From positions 69,568 to 133,567 of the IMG/VR virus record IMGVR_UViG_3300020473_000021: a stretch of DNA of 64,000 nucleotides. The stretch is one strand, 5' to 3'. Positions within the stretch are counted from its first letter, which is position 1, and the number at the start of each line of letters is the position of its first letter. The notes under the pieces were generated by a model, which ran no database searches, had not been told where the DNA came from, and saw nothing but the letters and a program-made list of their open reading frames with translations. This document shows positions 58,678 through 64,000 of this stretch, piece by piece. Source of the stretch: a virus. Position numbers and translations under genes: made by a program.

Positions 58678-59241
58678 ATGGCAACAACGAGTTGGACGAC
58701 GTCTTGGAGTACGTCTAAAGGTACGTCGTGGAATACAAGCGTTGGAAAAAGTAGGGGGACGAGTCGTTCCACGTCGAAGGGGACGTCTTGGAGTTCTAAC
58801 GTAACAACCTCTTGGACTACTCGATGGACAGCATCTCGCGGTACTAGCGTGACGACGTCGTGGTCGACGTCTTGGAACACTTCGGTTAGTTATAGTCGCT
58901 CGACATCTAGGTCGACCGATAAAACAACTAGTTGGAGTACCAACGTTGCATATAATCGTACGACAAGCTATACGACGACTTGGTCTAATAGTCGAACGAC
59001 AACATGGAACACTAGTATAAGTACCACGATCACTACCTCATGGACAACTAGTTGGAATACGTCTAAAACTACTTCGGTGGCGAAGAGTAAGACAACGAAC
59101 TATAGTACATCGTGGAATACTAGCTGGACTACATCTAAGACGACATCGGTTAGTGGTTCTAGGTTGACTTCAAGGACGACGACGTTTCAGACGTCTAAAT
59201 CGACATCGACTACATTAGGTATAAAGCAACTAACGCTGTGA
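58678..59241 (+). CDS. protein composed almost entirely of TTSX repeats (putative partner strand)
   Basis: GGGAG SD; MA + 44 tetrapeptide units + TLGIKQLTL. Confidence 0.8.
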   Translation: MATTSWTTSWSTSKGTSWNTSVGKSRGTSRSTSKGTSWSSNVTTSWTTRWTASRGTSVTTSWSTSWNTSVSYSRSTSRSTDKTTSWSTNVAYNRTTSYTTTWSNSRTTTWNTSISTTITTSWTTSWNTSKTTSVAKSKTTNYSTSWNTSWTTSKTTSVSGSRLTSRTTTFQTSKSTSTTLGIKQLTL

Positions 59242-59247
59242 TATAGT

Positions 59248-59278
59248 AGGGAGGGCGAGTGCCCTCCCTCTATGATGT
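59248..59278 (+). terminator. hairpin after the 187-aa gene
   Basis: AGGGAGGGC-GAGT-GCCCTCCCT followed by TATGATGT. Confidence 0.6.
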
Positions 59279-59329
59279 CTTTAATCCTATGGCCAATGTA
59301 TACCTATATTAACGTTAATAGGGTGTTTT

Positions 59330-62041
59330 ATGAGTGAATTAAATTTCAAATACCCTCTAGATCTAACTGGTGTTGATTCTGTCAACCGGGTCTTAGGGGA
59401 AGGACACTCAATAGGCGAAGGTTTTAATCGACTAATCGTTCCTATTGAAGGTGCTTTTTATACCGACGGGTTGATTGTTCGAGATACCGTGAATGGCGGT
59501 GAACTTGTTCCTAAAGATCAATACCTACCTATTTTATTCTACCAAGAACCTTCCGAGCGAAGTGGTAAGGAAGTATGTTGTGCTATCGCTATCGTTGATC
59601 GTAGCGTTAGTACAGAAGTTGAGATTGAGTACCAAGCGGTAGGTGATGTTTACTCTAACATCACTAGTTTGATACTTGATAAAGTAACCGACATTAACCT
59701 CGATGACTATAATCTCATCTGGGGTGATCTACTGGGAAACCTAGATGTTTTTCCCGGTGATGGCGATCTTAGAGAGTTGGGCGCAATATATGGCTTTGAG
59801 TTCGTAGCTAAAGCACTCAATGATTTAAGGGATGCGATCTTCTTTGGTGATATCGATGATCACGATCGATTAAAGCAAGTGATAGAAAATAAATATCAGT
59901 TAGCTTACAACAAAGCTGTCAACATCAATGATGAGGCTGAAGCCCATTATGCTCGCACTGACGATCCTCATGATGTTACTAAACATCAGATTGAGTTAGG
60001 TAAAGTTGACAATCATCCAACTGCATCGGTTGAAGATGATGTTCAGGGTACGAATAATCAGAAATATAGTACGCCTGCTGGTATTCGTGATTCTATTCGC
60101 ATCAACGCTATAGAGCCTTTGAATTCCCACATCAACAATACTGACGATCCTCATGATGTAACGCAAACGCAAATAGGTTTGTCTCGGTTGCATAACTGGT
60201 CGACTCCAGATAAAGCAACGGCTGAACTGGGTGAGTCTACCGAACACTACATGACGCCATTGTCGTTATCTCAAGCGATTGCGGCTCAACTTGGTGATGC
60301 GATAGAAGAACATGTAGCAAATAAGAGCAACCCACACCAAGTGACAAAAGCGCAAGTGGGACTATCACGTTTGGGTAACTATCCACCCGCTAGTGAAGCT
60401 GAAGCTGTCGAGGGTGTCCGGTATGATCGGTTAATAACTGTTAAGAATGCGGGCGATGCAATAAACGCTAGCGCTAAACCTCTTCTAGAGGAGCACGTTA
60501 ACGATTTCAATAACCCACATGAGGTTACTGCTGCTCAAGTAGGGTTGGGTAATGTGGATGATGTATCGTTTGCTCAAATGCAAAACCGATATATTGAGAA
60601 AGGGAAAGCATCGACCGTTACTGTTGTGGGACCAACTCAAGCTCTGCAAGGTGAAACTGTAGAATGGGTTATCACCAATTACGATATCTTTACCAATTAT
60701 GATATCTCCGGTGATTTCGGTGACCTTACAGTTAATGGTGATACCATCAGTAAAACTATTGATTCGTCAACACCAACGGGCGATCGGACGCTGTCTATTC
60801 GTGTGGGTAATAATACTCGTGAATTACCAATTAAGATCATTGGTCGTGGTGTTAATAAACCAAGTATCACTAGTCCGAATGATGATGCTCGCGGCATCTC
60901 ACTTAACACGACGATGACGAGTAGTTCATTTACAACAACACCTTCTGGTATCGATAGTCATGAGTCTAGTCAATGGCAACTATCTAAAGTAGTTGACTTT
61001 AGTAGTATTGCTGTCAACGAAACTGTGGGTGGTAGTGAACGTACAGCTTGGAGTACACCTACACTCGATAGAAACTCTGTGTATTATGCACGTGTTCGAT
61101 ATAAGGGTGCTGGATCTGGTTGGAGTCCTTGGTCTGATGTAATCATGTTTAAGACTGCCGATATCACAACGACTAGTTTCTCCACTAGTCGCACCACCGA
61201 TAAGGCAACTAACTGGAATAGTAGTTACACTACTCAATGGCAGAGCTCTCGGGCAACGAGTCGTACGACTAGTCGTCAGACTGTTGTGGGTAATGTGTAT
61301 ACTACTCAATATCAGACTAACTTCACTACAAGTTGGACTGGTAGTCGCAACACTAGTGTACCGCAATCTAAACAAACATCTAGAACGGTAAGTCGTACAA
61401 CGAGTTGGACGACAACTTACTCAGTTAGTCGTAGTACTACGAAAACTACGAGTAGGTCAACTTCGGTGGCTACCACTAGAATTACATCGGTAACCACGTC
61501 AAGAACTACGAGTAAGACTACGAGTAAGACTACTAACTACACCACTTCGTACATGTACGATGATGGTCGAAGCCCCAGTAGTTGTTTGCAGGGTTACTAC
61601 GATGGTCCTTACTATAGATGTATGGAACCTGGTGTACCTAAGCGGACATATTACACTACGCAGAAATCTACTAGTTACACCACTTCTTGGACTACTAGTT
61701 GGAGTACGAATAGATCAACATCCATTAGCGTCAATAAGACAACCTCTTGGAGTTATAGTGCCAACACCAGTGTGCAGACGACAGAAACGTTATCTCGCAA
61801 TACTAGTTGGACTACGACATATACAACCAATTGGTCTGTCGATAGATCAACAGATGTTAATTATAGTCGCAGCACCAGTAGAACGACCGAACAAATATTG
61901 GACAACAGTGATGTTCGTACAACATCATGGACCACCAATTATACTTCGTCGTGGACAAACTCTAGAACAACAGAGTCAGCCACAAATCGCACTACTGCTA
62001 AGACGACAACGTTCCAAACTTCACGCCCAACCGAAGTTTAA
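59330..62041 (+). CDS. tail fibre-like protein with FN3 domain and C-terminal TTSX hairpin
   Basis: phiKZ-type fibre N-terminus (YPLDLTG..N), four (D/N)PHxVT..Q(V/I)xL repeats, FN3-like YYARVRY..GWSPWS, then 32+32 tetrapeptides around a Cys-Cys loop. Confidence 0.8.
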   Translation: MSELNFKYPLDLTGVDSVNRVLGEGHSIGEGFNRLIVPIEGAFYTDGLIVRDTVNGGELVPKDQYLPILFYQEPSERSGKEVCCAIAIVDRSVSTEVEIEYQAVGDVYSNITSLILDKVTDINLDDYNLIWGDLLGNLDVFPGDGDLRELGAIYGFEFVAKALNDLRDAIFFGDIDDHDRLKQVIENKYQLAYNKAVNINDEAEAHYARTDDPHDVTKHQIELGKVDNHPTASVEDDVQGTNNQKYSTPAGIRDSIRINAIEPLNSHINNTDDPHDVTQTQIGLSRLHNWSTPDKATAELGESTEHYMTPLSLSQAIAAQLGDAIEEHVANKSNPHQVTKAQVGLSRLGNYPPASEAEAVEGVRYDRLITVKNAGDAINASAKPLLEEHVNDFNNPHEVTAAQVGLGNVDDVSFAQMQNRYIEKGKASTVTVVGPTQALQGETVEWVITNYDIFTNYDISGDFGDLTVNGDTISKTIDSSTPTGDRTLSIRVGNNTRELPIKIIGRGVNKPSITSPNDDARGISLNTTMTSSSFTTTPSGIDSHESSQWQLSKVVDFSSIAVNETVGGSERTAWSTPTLDRNSVYYARVRYKGAGSGWSPWSDVIMFKTADITTTSFSTSRTTDKATNWNSSYTTQWQSSRATSRTTSRQTVVGNVYTTQYQTNFTTSWTGSRNTSVPQSKQTSRTVSRTTSWTTTYSVSRSTTKTTSRSTSVATTRITSVTTSRTTSKTTSKTTNYTTSYMYDDGRSPSSCLQGYYDGPYYRCMEPGVPKRTYYTTQKSTSYTTSWTTSWSTNRSTSISVNKTTSWSYSANTSVQTTETLSRNTSWTTTYTTNWSVDRSTDVNYSRSTSRTTEQILDNSDVRTTSWTTNYTSSWTNSRTTESATNRTTAKTTTFQTSRPTEV
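61169..62026 (+). repeat. two 32-unit TTSX tracts flanking a 30-aa loop (61553-61642)
   Basis: Direct parse: TTSF...TTSY / MYDDGRSPSSCLQGYYDGPYYRCMEPGVPK / RTYY...QTSR. Confidence 0.9.
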
Positions 62042-62044
62042 TAT

Positions 62045-62090
62045 ACGGCATATGTGGGAGGGGTCAAACCCTCCCACTATTATGTCTGTC
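62045..62090. terminator. hairpin between convergent genes
   Basis: GTGGGAGGG-GTCAAA-CCCTCCCAC with TATG-type flanks on both strands. Confidence 0.7.
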
Positions 62091-62095
62091 TTACC

Positions 62096-63370
62096 TTACA
62101 GGAGGCTGTCAAGAAGACCAGGTTCCGCGTTCTCCATCGAACCCCCACCACTATAGTAATCCATGGTAAAAGTCCTTAGAACGATATACAGAAGCAATCC
62201 TGTTCGTACTGCTGCTAACAATGAACTGTTGTTTGACTTAACAGACTTCTCAACAACTCCCAATGCTAACTCACGTATCTTAAGTAGCGATGGATTCGTC
62301 GAACGAGACGACATGTAAAGCGAACGTAGTCGAGATAACAATAAGGCTAAGTTCAAGTTTCGATTAAACTCTTTCTTATTTGCATTGATAAAGTCAAACG
62401 CATGTAGTACAGTTTCCTCTACAAGCTCCTCAACGCGTCTGTCACCACGATAACCGTAGTTGTCTGACATATACTCCAATGCCGACACTAAATGTCTCTC
62501 AGGCATCGTGTGCATGCCATCACCGATGATCGATACTAAGTCATCCCGGATAAAAGAACGCTTCTCAGAAATCACCGAGTGGATGTATCGCTTATACTGA
62601 CTATGTTTACGGATCAAGTGTCTAACGTGGATATCGCCATCAATATCAATCGTAGATGACTTCGTGTTGACACGACTTCCAGATTGTGCTACCTCAACGA
62701 ATACCCGATACATCTTTTTAACGACTTCACGGATACGACCCTGCGTATCAGACAATAAATACTGGATACGCTCATCATCGTTAAACTTAGCAATCGCATC
62801 TCTATGGATATTGCCTGCTGAGATAATATCTTGAGCACGTGCTTCAATCAATTTGGCCCAACTACCATAGCGCTTCAGTGAGAACTTATAGTTAAGCTCT
62901 GCATACACTGCTTCCAATATACGCCGATCAGGCTCGTACTTGAAGTAGTGCGCCATCAGTGAAGATAAGAAACGATAATGTAAGATCTTAAGTGCCGCCA
63001 TCATACCTGATTCTTTTTGCGAGGCACTGATGTCTTTTGAATTGAAAAGTGCATGTAGAACCCAAGCGACCGATAGATTCAATACATCACTAATAACCTT
63101 GTGCTCCGGATTCACACTCGGTAAAGCATGGATCTCGTTTTTAAGGATCACGTCATCTGTTTGGATAACTTCATCAAACCACTCATGGCGATCTGATGTG
63201 TGGAAGCGTAGCGGTGGTGATCCAAGTAGGACACCACCTAAGAACTCAATATGGTCTTCTGATCGATTCACGAAGTCACGCTCGTACTGCATGATGCGCT
63301 TAACGAACCGACTGTCTATCTTTAAGTGACCACACTCAGACTTAAAGACATCTTTAATACTGTTTGCCAT
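62096..63370 (-). CDS. conserved phiKZ-like protein, possibly virion-associated
   Basis: 424-aa helical ORF with GAGG SD; function not recognised. Confidence 0.7.
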   Translation of the reverse strand: MANSIKDVFKSECGHLKIDSRFVKRIMQYERDFVNRSEDHIEFLGGVLLGSPPLRFHTSDRHEWFDEVIQTDDVILKNEIHALPSVNPEHKVISDVLNLSVAWVLHALFNSKDISASQKESGMMAALKILHYRFLSSLMAHYFKYEPDRRILEAVYAELNYKFSLKRYGSWAKLIEARAQDIISAGNIHRDAIAKFNDDERIQYLLSDTQGRIREVVKKMYRVFVEVAQSGSRVNTKSSTIDIDGDIHVRHLIRKHSQYKRYIHSVISEKRSFIRDDLVSIIGDGMHTMPERHLVSALEYMSDNYGYRGDRRVEELVEETVLHAFDFINANKKEFNRNLNLALLLSRLRSLYMSSRSTNPSLLKIRELALGVVEKSVKSNNSSLLAAVRTGLLLYIVLRTFTMDYYSGGGSMENAEPGLLDSLL

Positions 63371-63408
63371 GGTAAGCCTCTTATGTGAGTAAAAGCTGCT
63401 ATACGATA

Positions 63409-63811
63409 CGGCGCGGCGACCGTTGCCGCCACTGCCTTTCTAATTGGTATCTTTTATCTCTTTTAGGGTTCTATGAAATTTAAGATTAAATGTAAAATGA
63501 TTTATATCTAAATACCATTTGTCATTATGATTAACTTTTTACTGATGACTTTTTATAATTTGAACTTAAAGGATGGAATGAGTGAACGGTAGTGAACGAA
63601 TGACAACACTTTCCCTTTGGGGGGAAAGGGGGGTTGAGAGAAGAGAGGATTTAAAGGAGAGAAGAGAGAAGGGGGAAAACCCCCCTTATGGTTTTAGCTA
63701 TAACAGTCAAGCGATAGGAGGTACCTCAAGTACCGACCTCTAAGCGTAGCATGCACTGTACATATCAAAATTTTTCTAATTTTTTTGATTTCGCATTTCC
63801 CCGCCGCGCCG
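63409..63811. repeat. 10-bp all-GC inverted repeat enclosing a non-coding AT-rich and purine-rich region
   Basis: CGGCGCGGCG at 63409-63418 and CGCCGCGCCG at 63802-63811. Confidence 0.7.
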
Positions 63812-63830
63812 ATCCTACCTAAGGTCAAGC

Positions 63831-63839
63831 ATATATCAT
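63831..63839 (+). promoter_or_regulatory. candidate early promoter motif ATATATCAT
   Basis: Recurrent 9-mer upstream of the ORF at 63885. Confidence 0.55.
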
Positions 63840-63884
63840 CTCGTTGAGTACTCGAAACGTATAAACAAATAAGGATAACGTATC

Positions 63885-64000
63885 ATGGATAAATTACCAC
63901 CTTATCCACTTAGACCACAGTTCCCATTTGAAAAAGACATAACCGATCAGATCAGATCAAGATTACCAGCCCACGTCTTAAGCGATGTCCAATGCATACA
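63885..64000 (+). CDS. hypothetical protein, partial (runs off the window)
   Basis: AAGGA SD; MDKLPPYPLRPQFPFEKD... open to the window end. Confidence 0.6.
   Translation, partial: MDKLPPYPLRPQFPFEKDITDQIRSRLPAHVLSDVQCI

Noticed and set aside
57626-59241. Ice-binding or mucin-like disordered Thr/Ser tract
   Set aside because: Not excluded as a secondary property, but it would not explain the strict 4-residue register, equal arm lengths or reverse R/W complementarity.
61-59291. TATG late-promoter sites upstream of structural genes (e.g. 61, 11068, 27652, 37501, 42798, 59288; reverse strand 4046, 21819, 37530)
   Set aside because: Consistent with the phiKZ late consensus, but a 4-mer is too common to call individually without transcription-start data.
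57626-62026. ACTAGT/ACGAGT-rich repeats as a CRISPR array, satellite or DNA-level inverted repeat
   Set aside because: Codons vary synonymously and there are no constant repeats with spacers; periodicity and complementarity exist only at the amino-acid level.
54752-62041. Diversity-generating retroelement acting on fibre tips
   Set aside because: No reverse transcriptase and no template/variable repeat pair differing at adenines was seen in this window.
61560-62156. 198-aa alternative-frame ORF over the 903-aa gene, and similar shadow ORFs (e.g. 6288-6800, 32057-32536, 48226-48705)
   Set aside because: They overlap well-supported genes, lack clear SD sites and are explained by codon bias or low complexity.

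Overview
This 64 kb window comes from a phiKZ-like jumbo myophage (Chimalliviridae-type), read in the standard code. It holds a conserved core block: a spanin-like pair, RNase H, UvsX, three virion RNA polymerase subunits (phiKZ gp149/gp178/gp180-like), a gp181-like tape-measure protein, a gp175-like prohead protease, tail tube and sheath, baseplate-region proteins and the terminase large subunit. A ~17 kb tail-fibre/adhesin cluster follows (45.0-62.0 kb). The most striking signal is in that cluster: long 4-residue Thr/Ser repeats (T-T-S-X) whose X residues form a reverse-complementary code. Read antiparallel, R/K on one tract almost always faces W/Y/F/V/I on the other. In the 903-aa protein both tracts (32+32 units) lie in one chain around a Cys-Cys loop. 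In the neighbouring locus the same structure is split: 44 units end the 1304-aa protein, followed by a Hint (intein-like) domain, and the 44 complementary units form a separate 187-aa gene. This suggests a giant beta-hairpin or 'protein zipper' stalk, assembled in trans and tipped by an autoprocessing domain. Also noted: hairpins followed by TATGNYG, a candidate ATATATCAT early promoter, and a structured non-coding region at 63.4-63.85 kb. phiKZ gp equivalences come from recalled motifs and synteny, not a database search.
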